Shown piece after piece: positions 18,389 to 27,995 of a stretch of DNA of 64,000 nucleotides. A model generated the notes under the pieces. The model saw only the letters and a program-made list of their open reading frames with translations, searched no databases and was not told where the DNA came from. The first letter of the stretch is position 1, and each line of letters opens with the position of its first letter. Both the position numbers and the translations under genes were made by a program. This DNA comes from Candidatus Roizmanbacteria bacterium (lineage in GTDB: Bacteria > Patescibacteriota > Microgenomatia > UBA1406 > GWC2-37-13): assembly GCA_037130495.1 (NCBI GenBank), contig JBAXSX010000003.1:13793-77792 (forward strand). Direction: 5' to 3'.

Positions 18389-19588
18389 TTACTTTTTGAG
18401 AAAAGTCTCATATACGTGCTCAACATCTTTATCACCTCTTCCTGATAGATTCACCACGATCACTGTGTCCTGAGACAGGGATGGTGCCATCTGGATCACC
18501 TGTGCTATCGCATGTGCTGACTCCAAAGCCGGTATGATCCCCTCAGTCTGGGATAGCGTGACAAAGGCTCGTACTGCATCTTCATCTGTTGCCTCAGCCA
18601 GCTGCATCCTTCCTGATGCCTTGAGCATGCTCAACTCTGGTCCAACTCCAGGATAGTCCAAGCCAGAGGCTGCACTGTAGGACTCTTTGACGGATCCATC
18701 GGGATTTTTCATAACGAGTGTTTTGAATCCATGTATCACATCAATCTGACCCGTTTGCAACGAGAGTCCATGCCTACCTGACGATTTGCCCTTGCCAGCA
18801 GGCTCAACAGCAACGATCTGAACTGACTCATCCGATATGAAATCATGAAAGAGTCCAATCGCATTGCTCCCACCACCAACACAAGCGACCACATAATCCG
18901 GCAGATCTTTTTCGACCGCCATGATCTGGGCTTTCGCTTCTTGGCCGATGATCTTCTGGAACTCGCGCACCATATATGGATATGGATGAGGACCAACGAC
19001 AGATCCAAGTAAATAGTGCACATCGTGCGATTCATTGATATACGCAGTGAGCGCTACATCTACCGCGTCTTTCAATGTCCCTTGGCCTTGCGTGACGGGA
19101 ATCACAGTTGCTCCAAGTATTTTCATACGATATACGTTGGGCTTTTGTGCATCGATGTCGCGCGCACCCATATACACATCACACTCCATCCCAAGGTACG
19201 CAGCGATCGTAGCAGTTGCTACACCATGCTGACCAGCGCCTGTCTCGGCAATGAGTTTTTTCTTACCCATTCTTTTGGCGAGAAGTCCTTGGCCGATCGC
19301 GTTATTTATTTTGTGAGCACCGGTGTGGTTCAGATCCTCACGCTTGAGATATATTTTTGCTCCACCAAGCTTTCTGGTCAGCCGTTGGGCAAAATACAAC
19401 GGGCTTGGGCGATTCGCAAAATCTCGGTACATCGTCCGCAACTCTTTCTGGAAGAGAGGATCGTGCATCGCTTTTTCAAACTCCATGGTTAGCGTCTGTA
19501 ATATGGGCTCTAAAGACGGCGGGACAAACGTCCCACCAAATGCACCAAAGTACCCACTCTGATCAGGAAAACTATATATTTTTTTCAT
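18389..19588 (-). CDS. trpB: Tryptophan synthase beta chain
   Basis: 399 aa with the PLP-lysine motif LNHTGAHKINN, GAGQHGVATA and GGGSNAIG. Full-length TrpB1-type. Confidence 0.95.
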   Translation of the reverse strand: MKKIYSFPDQSGYFGAFGGTFVPPSLEPILQTLTMEFEKAMHDPLFQKELRTMYRDFANRPSPLYFAQRLTRKLGGAKIYLKREDLNHTGAHKINNAIGQGLLAKRMGKKKLIAETGAGQHGVATATIAAYLGMECDVYMGARDIDAQKPNVYRMKILGATVIPVTQGQGTLKDAVDVALTAYINESHDVHYLLGSVVGPHPYPYMVREFQKIIGQEAKAQIMAVEKDLPDYVVACVGGGSNAIGLFHDFISDESVQIVAVEPAGKGKSSGRHGLSLQTGQIDVIHGFKTLVMKNPDGSVKESYSAASGLDYPGVGPELSMLKASGRMQLAEATDEDAVRAFVTLSQTEGIIPALESAHAIAQVIQMAPSLSQDTVIVVNLSGRGDKDVEHVYETFLKK

Positions 19589-19695
19589 ACAATTAGACTA
19601 ATTAATAAAGAAGGTTTGTAGACACACAGGGAGGTGGGGTTACCCCCAGATGAAGAAGAAGCAGTGCCGATCAATACGCGATTTCATGACTACCT

Positions 19696-19704
19696 ATTAT
19701 AACA
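19696..19704 (-). promoter_or_regulatory. Candidate extended -10 promoter element for trpB
   Basis: The minus strand reads TGTTATAAT (TGnTATAAT) about 110 nt upstream of the trpB ATG. There is no convincing -35. Confidence 0.25.
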
Positions 19705-19753
19705 TCTCGTGCGGGTCATCGGCACCTCATCTAGTGCATGTCATATGACACCC

Positions 19754-20074
19754 TCATGATTTAATGATTCGTTTTGCGACTGCTCCGGCAAAGAGTCTGA
19801 AAGCAAGACGATTTTCTTTTTGAAATATGTAGGGCACTCCGAGAAGCTTGTTGCACTTCGCACACGTGAGTGGAGGTATCGAAGACAGTGACTGATTCTG
19901 TCGGTCGGAATAGGTAGAAGATCGAAATATTCGATCGAGATAGAGCCTCATGAGAATGCCAGGGCCATCTTTTTGATAATCGAACATATGTGCGCTGCAT
20001 GAAGCACAGGTGATATCGAGCAGTCTGCTATATCCTCTGCGCGATCGTTTGTACGAGTCTGACGTGAATTTCAT
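19754..20074 (-). CDS. Hypothetical zinc-ribbon protein
   Basis: CxxC...CxxC pairs (CASCSAH ... CAKCNK); 106 aa counted from ATG 20074. Confidence 0.45.
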   Translation of the reverse strand: MKFTSDSYKRSRRGYSRLLDITCASCSAHMFDYQKDGPGILMRLYLDRIFRSSTYSDRQNQSLSSIPPLTCAKCNKLLGVPYIFQKENRLAFRLFAGAVAKRIIKS

Positions 20075-20164
20075 ATCTAGGGAATGAGTATATATAACCA
20101 AGTATAAAATAGCTCCAAGGTGAGGGAGTCCGCCTAGACGACAGGGAGTTCTGTGCAGGCTGAA

Positions 20165-21004
20165 TCAAATTGGACGATTATTTCGTCTGCTGACATCGTC
20201 CATAAACCGTCTATATAGGTATAGGTTCGCGATGATGATTGGACACATGAGCGAGACCCCGATACCCAACAGTCCATACAGACCGAATCGTGCAGCATAG
20301 ACACTGAATGCAATGGTGAGGACTCCATACATGATGGTTGGGACAAGCATCATCTGGGAATCTTTCTTTTCAGATTTCTCCGGTAGGAAGTATTCGACCA
20401 AACGGAAAACACCTACTACTATCGACGCGGTGAAAAACCAACCAACAAAATTACCGATCGGTATGCCAAAGTAAGCGCCGCCCCCCAGCCATCTCCATGC
20501 GCCATCATGTACTTGTACAGGATCCATGAATAGATCGATGACTGTCACCAATGTTGCATCCAAGACAACCAGAGGAATTATGTGATATACGGGACTTTTG
20601 GAGAGTGTGGGTTTCTTTTTGTGCAACCAGTACAAAGATGAATTCACGATACTATATCCCGTGTATATGAAAACTGCCCAGTACACACATACCGAGATGG
20701 GAACTGTTCCTATAGCTATGGAATGACTCGCATAGACGTACTGCCCGCCGAATACCACACCATCCCGCAATCCAATAGTTTCCATCGCCCAACCGACCCC
20801 TGATGCCAATCCAACAAAAAAAATACTCCGCCAGAGACCTAATGAATATATAACATGCAGAATAAATAAAGTTGCAGGAACGATCAATAGGATCCAACGA
20901 AAGAATATATTTTTCGAGAGATCAAACCCACTTGCTAAGCTGATGCAATAGATCAGAAAAACTACGAGAAGAAGATAAAATAATCTCCAGATCCACTTTA
21001 ACAT
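20165..21004 (-). CDS. Polytopic membrane protein, DUF422 / carotenoid-biosynthesis-protein-like
   Basis: About 8 TM helices. The motif LFMDPVQVHDGAWRWLGGGAYFGIPIGNFVGWF resembles the PF04240 family consensus as I recall it. Confidence 0.5.
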   Translation of the reverse strand: MLKWIWRLFYLLLVVFLIYCISLASGFDLSKNIFFRWILLIVPATLFILHVIYSLGLWRSIFFVGLASGVGWAMETIGLRDGVVFGGQYVYASHSIAIGTVPISVCVYWAVFIYTGYSIVNSSLYWLHKKKPTLSKSPVYHIIPLVVLDATLVTVIDLFMDPVQVHDGAWRWLGGGAYFGIPIGNFVGWFFTASIVVGVFRLVEYFLPEKSEKKDSQMMLVPTIMYGVLTIAFSVYAARFGLYGLLGIGVSLMCPIIIANLYLYRRFMDDVSRRNNRPI

Positions 21005-21068
21005 ACATTTATTCTAGCACAAGCGAATAGTTTTGGGCCTACATGACTGCATAGTTGATAGATTCCTT

Positions 21069-22253
21069 CTACTCTTTCGAAGAAGTGAATAAAAGATGCC
21101 GGATAGTGAAGAGTGCTGTCATCCCCAAAACACCCGTCGCCAAAAGGAAAGGCGCGGTTAAGCCAAGTTGGCTATAAATCACCGTCCCAAAAACTGGTCC
21201 CAGAAGTCGGGCCATACTTCCAACTGATTGGCTCATTCCAGCAACATTGCCCTGTTCGTTGTCGGGAGTATTTTTGGATATGAGTCCGGCGAGAACCGGT
21301 CCGGAGATGCTGTTAGAAAATGCGAGGAGTGTGATTGCGACAAAAAGCAAAACCATATTGGTGCTGAGGGCAATCAATCCAAGCGCTATCGCCATACTGA
21401 TGATAGAGATGAAGATTGCTTTGCGCTCCGGAATCCATCGCAACAGTCGCTTGAGAAAAAACATCTGCATCATGACACCAACCAATCCCAAATAGGCGAA
21501 AATATACCCATTATCTTTTGCGGTGAAGTGGAGCGAGTGTTCGGAAAATAGTGCGAAAGTTCCTTGCATGAGCGAAAACGCAAGCATCGTCATAAATGAG
21601 ATAGACAAAAACAGACCTACCTCAGGATGTGTTAATGCATCGTAAAAATCACGAAGACTGAACACTTTTCTCCGTTTCTTCACCGCTGACTTGGTGGCAT
21701 CATTAACCTTGATTGACTCAGGCAAGAAGAAGTACGTCGCCAAAGTAGCGATCAGTGCTACGACACCCGCAACAAATGCAGGTACCGCATATCCATATAC
21801 CGACAGGATCCCTCCAAGTGCTGGACCGAGGATAAAGCCCAAGCTAAATGCAGCCATCATCATGCCCATACCCTGAGTACGATTCTTTTTGCTAGTGATA
21901 TCAGCTATATATGCTTGGGCAGTCGATATGTTCCCGCCTGATGCTCCATCGATGATACGAGAGAGGAATAAGAGCGGTATTGAGTTGGCGATCCCCAAGA
22001 TGCCAAATGATAGAGCTGTGCCTCCGATCGAAAACAAGAGTATCGGACGCCTCCCAAATTTATCCGACAACTCACCAAGTATTGGCGCTGAGAGAAGTTG
22101 AAACAAAGAGTAAACAGCAGTGAGGAGTCCAATAGTCAGTGGTCCAGCTCCAAAGCTTTCGACATAGTAGGGCAACAAGGGGAGGATGATCCCAAACCCA
22201 AACATATTGATAAATATGATCAAAAAAATGATCCACATGCGTTTGTCTTTCAT
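21069..22253 (-). CDS. MFS transporter (drug/H+ antiporter-like)
   Basis: 12-TM profile with motif A GELSDKFGRRPILL. ATG at 22253 (22265 is TTG). Confidence 0.85.
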   Translation of the reverse strand: MKDKRMWIIFLIIFINMFGFGIILPLLPYYVESFGAGPLTIGLLTAVYSLFQLLSAPILGELSDKFGRRPILLFSIGGTALSFGILGIANSIPLLFLSRIIDGASGGNISTAQAYIADITSKKNRTQGMGMMMAAFSLGFILGPALGGILSVYGYAVPAFVAGVVALIATLATYFFLPESIKVNDATKSAVKKRRKVFSLRDFYDALTHPEVGLFLSISFMTMLAFSLMQGTFALFSEHSLHFTAKDNGYIFAYLGLVGVMMQMFFLKRLLRWIPERKAIFISIISMAIALGLIALSTNMVLLFVAITLLAFSNSISGPVLAGLISKNTPDNEQGNVAGMSQSVGSMARLLGPVFGTVIYSQLGLTAPFLLATGVLGMTALFTIRHLLFTSSKE

Positions 22254-22506
22254 AGGATGTACCAAATGATTGAAGTGATTCGACGTGAGCGAGAGTTATA
22301 CTCGCATACTCCCTTGAGAGTCACCGACGAGTGAGCACGAGAGGTATTATAGTCGCGTCGAGGCAGGAAATGTGTTTGTAATATCTGTTACATCATCACC
22401 TTTCAAAACAGACCCCATACTGGTAGATGTACTCCAGAAGATTACTCGGAAATGAGGTGATTTGGATGCTGAGAAGGTGGGATATATCGACACCTGGTTC
22501 TCAAAA

Positions 22507-23094
22507 TCACAATTGAGGATTGCTTATCTGGTCGTCAATATATGAGAGAGTTGCGTTGCATAGATGTCTCTCTTTCATTCCCATTTTCGTATTGAGAGAT
22601 TCGTTGATTGTGGTGCTATCTAGAGTAACGAATACCTGTATTCCGCAAACTTGATGTAAGATTTGTGTATACCTTTCGCGATTTATATAATCAGCATCGC
22701 TATAGTCGAGACGAATAATTCTGTTGAGCTGGTCGATTCTATACCCTTTTTGCTTCAGGGTTGCTAAGGTATCCTTTCCTCCGAGGTCACTTATTCTCAC
22801 AAGACATCCTGCACCACTGCAGCGACTTTCTACGGACCACTGAGTGGGGACTCTGATGCCCTGTGCCATTGTTGGCATTTCTTTGCCAATGATTCGCCAT
22901 TGTATATCAGCTAGGACTGCATCGTACGTCTTGTTCATCATATTGAACCGGTCGACATTGGGCTGCGTACGTATTTTTTGCTGCATTCCCAAGTAGAAGC
23001 CCACAAAGGGGAAAATAATAAATAGGAACATTGCTAAATACCTAGAAAATGGAGTGACTTCATTCCATCGTATTGCTATTTTTGGCTTCTTCAT
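22507..23094 (-). CDS. Hypothetical membrane-anchored protein
   Basis: Long ORF with one N-terminal TM helix (YLAMFLFIIFPFVGFYLG). No recognisable domain. Confidence 0.55.
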   Translation of the reverse strand: MKKPKIAIRWNEVTPFSRYLAMFLFIIFPFVGFYLGMQQKIRTQPNVDRFNMMNKTYDAVLADIQWRIIGKEMPTMAQGIRVPTQWSVESRCSGAGCLVRISDLGGKDTLATLKQKGYRIDQLNRIIRLDYSDADYINRERYTQILHQVCGIQVFVTLDSTTINESLNTKMGMKERHLCNATLSYIDDQISNPQL

Positions 23095-23126
23095 TTGTTT
23101 GCGGGTATATCAATATTTCGGTGATA

Positions 23127-24197
23127 TTAACGTTTCACTGTATTCTGATTTATCGAATCGTAACACTCGGCAAGCATATTGATGGGGAACTCAGGATATG
23201 ATGAGAAGGCTGAGCACTCAATCGTCCCGTTGCCATCCCAGACCAATTTCCACACACCATCTTCTTTCACGGCGTACCACATGCCTCCGCCTCCCTCTTT
23301 GTCTGACACTCCTCCTTTAGCATACTTTCCTTCGATCTTTGATACTGTGATGGTGAGCGAGGTATCGACAGTGTTGTGTTTCAGCGCTATATACTTTCCC
23401 ATAACATATTTGAGGGTTGCCGACTCATCTATGGTGGGGAGGGGAGTGAGCGGTGCACTGATTTTCACCGTTGCGATCATTTTTTCATAGATATTGAGAT
23501 CACTTGCGTTCTTTAGAGATACTCTTATCAGGGCTATTTTGTTGCCTGGGATCTCAAAGAAAGTGATTGGTAAGGACGCAGACCCTTTTGAGGTAGGTGG
23601 GACACCATTGATCGTCATGGGCTGCACCATCCATGTTGCCTCATATCCCACGGTGCCACCAGACGTCGTGATTTTCTTGATAGAGCCTAGAGTATTGTAA
23701 TTTTGTATTTCTGCACCAGCCACCTTCACATATTCTTCAAGTGATAGATTGGCGTAACTACCGAGTGCGTTGCCTTTTGAGATGACGATAGCAGCACTTA
23801 CATCAGCATCGGTCGGCTTGAGCATAGGATCGAAGGACGCGCCAGTCTGAGAGTTAGCAAATTCGCTAGCAACCCAATCGCTTGGATAGTCCATCGAGTA
23901 GCTATATTTTGTATTTTCATACGTTTTCCATGTGGTTTCTTTGACCGGAGGGGAAGTGGGGACTACTGGACTCGATGAAGTGGGGACTATTTGACTTGCT
24001 GAAGTAGGCACTGCCGTAGGCTTGGCCGTGGCAACTGCACCATTTTGACCTTTGCCTAGGAAATACATCCCAATGCTGGAGGCCACGAGTACCGGGATTG
24101 CGATGACCAAACCGATGATGATGGGGGCGGGAGATCGTGGAGAGGGAGCGACAGGTAGAGGGACAGTTGGGGGGATTTTTTCTTGCATATATTTCAT
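23127..24197 (-). CDS. Hypothetical membrane-anchored extracellular protein
   Basis: Pro-rich N-terminus, one TM helix (IIIGLVIAIPVLVASSIGMYFLG) and a Pro/Thr/Ser linker. ATG at 24197 (24230 is GTG). Confidence 0.55.
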   Translation of the reverse strand: MKYMQEKIPPTVPLPVAPSPRSPAPIIIGLVIAIPVLVASSIGMYFLGKGQNGAVATAKPTAVPTSASQIVPTSSSPVVPTSPPVKETTWKTYENTKYSYSMDYPSDWVASEFANSQTGASFDPMLKPTDADVSAAIVISKGNALGSYANLSLEEYVKVAGAEIQNYNTLGSIKKITTSGGTVGYEATWMVQPMTINGVPPTSKGSASLPITFFEIPGNKIALIRVSLKNASDLNIYEKMIATVKISAPLTPLPTIDESATLKYVMGKYIALKHNTVDTSLTITVSKIEGKYAKGGVSDKEGGGGMWYAVKEDGVWKLVWDGNGTIECSAFSSYPEFPINMLAECYDSINQNTVKR

Positions 24198-24264
24198 GAT
24201 CTCAGAAAAACTCAACTGAGTCAAATACACTCGTTCCGATTAGGAAACGGTATCATTTTCGTGC

Positions 24265-24966
24265 CTATTTCTTACCGCAGTTCCAGTAGCATGGTCCAAC
24301 TGTGCTTATGATATTTTCCCGCGGGACAAATCCCCACTCACGTGAGTCGGAGCTCTCTGGTCTGTTGTCACCCAGCATGAAGTACTGACCGGAGGGGATC
24401 TGCACTGTTTGCTCCTCAGCCAAAAAAGTACTCCCTGATGTATACACTGTAGATGATATGTATTTGCCTTCATCTAGTTTTTTTCCATTTATATATATGT
24501 CACCCGATCTGAGCATCACTGTTTCTCCGGGTAGCCCAACGACTCGTTTGATGTAATCTACTCCTGCACTTTTTGGTGACACAAATATTAAGACGTCACT
24601 TCTTTTAACCTTCGTATTATTTTGGTTTACTACATCCGTCATCACATACATGCCGTTAGTGTAATTCGGATACATTGCTACACCTTTGATCTGGTACGGT
24701 CTGCTCATGAATAAGTAGATGAACGTGGGGATCGAAGAGAGGAAAAGGATCGAAAAAAGTAATCCAAATGGCACAGCTATCACGATCTTGAGCCACTTTG
24801 GAAGAGATGTCCATACACAGAGGAGGACAATGCCAACTATGCCGAGGAGGGGGAAGATGAGCCCAATCAGGATCAGTGCTCCTACGAGAACCATTCTCAA
24901 TACGTGAGCATTTCTTGGTAGAGGTTTTTTACTAACACCTTTGTCGAGAAGGTGATTGTAGGGCAT
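24265..24966 (-). CDS. Signal peptidase I (S26) homolog with Ala at the nucleophile position
   Basis: Box D YIKRVVGLPGETV and box E GDNRPESSDSREWGFV are present. Box B reads KGVAMYPNY instead of G-x-S-M-x-P-T (codon GCA at 24678..24676). Confidence 0.8.
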   Translation of the reverse strand: MPYNHLLDKGVSKKPLPRNAHVLRMVLVGALILIGLIFPLLGIVGIVLLCVWTSLPKWLKIVIAVPFGLLFSILFLSSIPTFIYLFMSRPYQIKGVAMYPNYTNGMYVMTDVVNQNNTKVKRSDVLIFVSPKSAGVDYIKRVVGLPGETVMLRSGDIYINGKKLDEGKYISSTVYTSGSTFLAEEQTVQIPSGQYFMLGDNRPESSDSREWGFVPRENIISTVGPCYWNCGKK

Positions 24967-25028
24967 GATTTAGTATATCAAAAAGTCAGAAATGTTCTGA
25001 ATTCGCGATTTCAAAACACATCTTCGTC

Positions 25029-25433
25029 TTAACTCAAATCCGTAAATGGATTGTAGGCTACCTCCCACAAGTACCCATCATGATCGGCAAAATATCCTGA
25101 GTACCCACCCCAGAATGCATCTTGGGGTATCTTGATAGATTGTGCTCCCGCATCCAGAGCTTCCTTATAGATCTTGTTCACTTGTTCTTTCGAGGAGACA
25201 TTGTGCGCGAGAGTGATAGAGGAGAGTCCTGGACTCACGGTCGGCAAGGAGACATCCTTGATCAGTTCTTCCTTGGGGCACAGTGCGAGCCATGTGCCCT
25301 CCATTTCTAACATAACATATTCATCTTTCCCATTGTAGTCGTGGGGTTTGAAACCAAGTCCAGCGGTATAAAAATCAAATGATCTATGGAAATCGTGTAC
25401 GCCCAAAGTGATTATGCTGATTTTTGATTTCAT
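25029..25433 (-). CDS. VOC/glyoxalase-bleomycin resistance family protein
   Basis: 134 aa with the typical VOC start ISIITLGVHDFHRSFDFYTAGLGF and C-terminal DHDGYLWEV. Confidence 0.8.
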   Translation of the reverse strand: MKSKISIITLGVHDFHRSFDFYTAGLGFKPHDYNGKDEYVMLEMEGTWLALCPKEELIKDVSLPTVSPGLSSITLAHNVSSKEQVNKIYKEALDAGAQSIKIPQDAFWGGYSGYFADHDGYLWEVAYNPFTDLS

Positions 25434-25509
25434 GATTTGATTATACTTTCTGGGCAGTTCACATGCTGAGTGACATAGAATGTGAATATGTAAGATGCAC
25501 CTCGGGGGA

Positions 25510-26217
25510 TCAGAGCCTGCTTATATCTACTTGCTGATCCTTTGGATCTGCTGGATCTGAGTAAATATAATCTGCAATATCAGTACTCGGTATGACACCA
25601 TAGTCTGAGATGAATTTATCTACTTTGATGTCGGGATTGGTCTTAGTGAGCTCAATTAGATTCGTAAAGAGCTGGTGAAGTTCCAGAGAAGGATAAGTAT
25701 TCAAGCCAAACTCTACTTCTTTGCTATCACCTTTAATTAAGCAGTTATGGTAAGTGAAATCCGTTCCATTCCTGCGTTGACCTGTGCGTCTTACGTGCGC
25801 AATTTCTCTAATATCCTTCAGGAGCATTTCATCTTTGCCAAATAGAGTTTGTGAAATGATACGGTCTCGTTTTAGTATTACTTTAAATCTTTTATTGAGT
25901 ATGAAGAAAAGAAGTTCAAATAGTGCTACTCCGATCACAAATTCCTTTACAGAACTTGCGTTGATGCCTCTAAAAATAATATAAAAGGGAGTCCCAATAA
26001 AGAGAGCAAACTGCATGAAAATCATGCTGAAGTGTACTTGGGAAACGATGCCTTGATTTAAGTTGACAGTATTTGAGAGGAGAGGAGGTGGCGTACTGAT
26101 TGAATCTGAGGCGGGGGGCAATGTAGAAATGACAAGCGGAGTATATGTAGGAGTCTGGCCAGATGGAATATCTGTTTGCTGTGGTATGAAATTGGGTATT
26201 ACTGGATCGTTTGTCAT
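25510..26217 (-). CDS. Hypothetical membrane protein
   Basis: Pro/Thr-rich N-terminus and two TM helices. No recognised domain. Confidence 0.5.
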   Translation of the reverse strand: MTNDPVIPNFIPQQTDIPSGQTPTYTPLVISTLPPASDSISTPPPLLSNTVNLNQGIVSQVHFSMIFMQFALFIGTPFYIIFRGINASSVKEFVIGVALFELLFFILNKRFKVILKRDRIISQTLFGKDEMLLKDIREIAHVRRTGQRRNGTDFTYHNCLIKGDSKEVEFGLNTYPSLELHQLFTNLIELTKTNPDIKVDKFISDYGVIPSTDIADYIYSDPADPKDQQVDISRL

Positions 26218-26333
26218 ATGATTCCAATCATATAGATATTACCAATCGAGCGCAAGCCTATGCCTGATATGTTTGTGTAAAATGGGTTCATTGGAGGTAT
26301 TTCAGATCAGAAGGATTGCAAGCGCTGATGATT

Positions 26334-27188
26334 TTACTGCTCAAGGCTTTGAACCCGAGGCTTACTGGCATTTTCGACCGATGGTGTCTCACATGTAGCA
26401 GTTGACTTCGTGTCAATCACTGCCATCAATCCTTTACAACATTTGTCTGTATTGTTTGGACAGATTATTCCATTGATACAAATTGACTCACCTATCTGTT
26501 TGCACTGTGCGTCAGTCTCTGCGGGAACTGCAGGCACTGATGTGATTGCGGTGGCCGGAGGTTGAGGCATAGTCCCTTCTATCTTTAGCGCATACGAGAC
26601 TCTTTGCATAGAGTCCTCATTGGCTAGCGTAAAACAATATGCATAGCTGACATCCGTACATCTCGGTGGTGCAGTAATACAATCTGTATCCTTTATTGTA
26701 TAGTCCTTTATTTCTTCGATTGATCTAGCTAGTTCATTTTTCCAATTCAATTCCTTTATCTTAAAGGTAACAGAATCTTTTGTAATGGCACTTAAAGTAG
26801 CAACGGTATCCTCGACGCAACTATCCTTAGGAGAGAAATGGAAAGTATCACCTAAAATGACTTTTTTGTCTTGAAAGAGTATTGATCTGTACATTTCAGG
26901 GGATGGGGCAGTGCCCAAAGTGGGAGATATCAGAACGGGGATATCTACTGATGTTGGGGTGATAGATACCGGAGGTATATTTTCGACCTTATCAAATCTG
27001 GTATTCACATACCATCCTCCTCCAGCTATGATCATAACCAGTACAGTTAGTCCCACTATCAGGAGTGGGATAAACACCCCGTTGTTACTTCGAGCATGAT
27101 TACCCTCAACCTGAGGTGCACCAGGCGTTGTAGGTCGCTCTTGGACTGGGGAACTGTTCTGTGCTTTCGGAACGACATTCTGATCCAT
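26334..27188 (-). CDS. Hypothetical membrane-anchored, Cys-rich extracellular protein
   Basis: One TM helix (VFIPLLIVGLTVLVMIIAGGGWY) and a C-terminal Cys cluster (CKQIGESICINGIICPNNTDKCCKG). Confidence 0.5.
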   Translation of the reverse strand: MDQNVVPKAQNSSPVQERPTTPGAPQVEGNHARSNNGVFIPLLIVGLTVLVMIIAGGGWYVNTRFDKVENIPPVSITPTSVDIPVLISPTLGTAPSPEMYRSILFQDKKVILGDTFHFSPKDSCVEDTVATLSAITKDSVTFKIKELNWKNELARSIEEIKDYTIKDTDCITAPPRCTDVSYAYCFTLANEDSMQRVSYALKIEGTMPQPPATAITSVPAVPAETDAQCKQIGESICINGIICPNNTDKCCKGLMAVIDTKSTATCETPSVENASKPRVQSLEQ

Positions 27189-27218
27189 AGGTTGAGTATA
27201 GCAAAAACACCTTGTTCA

Positions 27219-27899
27219 TCAAAGTTTCGCATCGGGATCATCGTAGAGTTCTTTTAGTGTTCCAACTGTTCTTGTCAATCTAGCTAAAACCTCTTTATGT
27301 TTGTATCCGGCGATTACATTTACACCTGCAGAGATAAGAGCTTCGTTAATAGGGAGAATTGAAGGGGCCGTTCTCACTTCTTTAAACCCATCACGAAATT
27401 GAACGTGCATTCCTCTTAAATCCTGTTGGGATAGAGCGTACACTAACGTACCAACGTTGGTATTTCTCATTGCACCAGCACACATCTCACAGGGCTGAGC
27501 AGTGCTGAGTATGAGACATCCATCGAGGTGTCGGTTCCCGATATGTTGTTGTGCCTGTGTAAGTACCACCATTTCTGCATGTTGGGTAGAATCACCTCGT
27601 GCCTTCACCATATTTGTTGAACGCGCAAGTACCTCAATTGCTCCGTTGACATATCTTACTACTGAGGCGGCAAACGGAAACTCAGTCTTTTCAGGATCAT
27701 CAGGATTAGGAAGTTGCCCGAGCAACTCATCGAATTCCTGACTGAGACCTGGATGACTTGCCTCAAACTCTCTTATTAGTCTTTCGTGTTCTTCGGACCA
27801 CAGCCCTTCAAGAGCCCCACCTGGATCACTGTTAACTCCCGCAGCACTTTTATATCGAGCAAAGTCCTGACTGAAATCTTGATGTGTTGATTCGCTCAT
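27219..27899 (-). CDS. CMP/dCMP-type zinc deaminase (TadA/guanine-deaminase-like) with N-terminal extension
   Basis: Zinc motifs HAEMVVL and PCEMCAGA. About 85 extra N-terminal residues compared with typical ~150-aa family members. Confidence 0.8.
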   Translation of the reverse strand: MSESTHQDFSQDFARYKSAAGVNSDPGGALEGLWSEEHERLIREFEASHPGLSQEFDELLGQLPNPDDPEKTEFPFAASVVRYVNGAIEVLARSTNMVKARGDSTQHAEMVVLTQAQQHIGNRHLDGCLILSTAQPCEMCAGAMRNTNVGTLVYALSQQDLRGMHVQFRDGFKEVRTAPSILPINEALISAGVNVIAGYKHKEVLARLTRTVGTLKELYDDPDAKL

Positions 27900-27995
27900 A
27901 ATATGTATTCGAACATTGCTTTTGATAAACGGAACCTACTGCCATGCCTATGGTAGATAAGAGTATATAGGCTCTATGGATGGTTTTGTAGAAGA

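Noticed and set aside
19589-19753. A T-box, TRAP-site or Trp-leader-peptide attenuator upstream of trpB.
   Set aside because: There is no T-box sequence, no series of (G/U)AG triplets and no Trp-codon leader ORF. Only a short gggg-taa-cccc hairpin and a good -10 box were seen, which is not enough to call a riboswitch.
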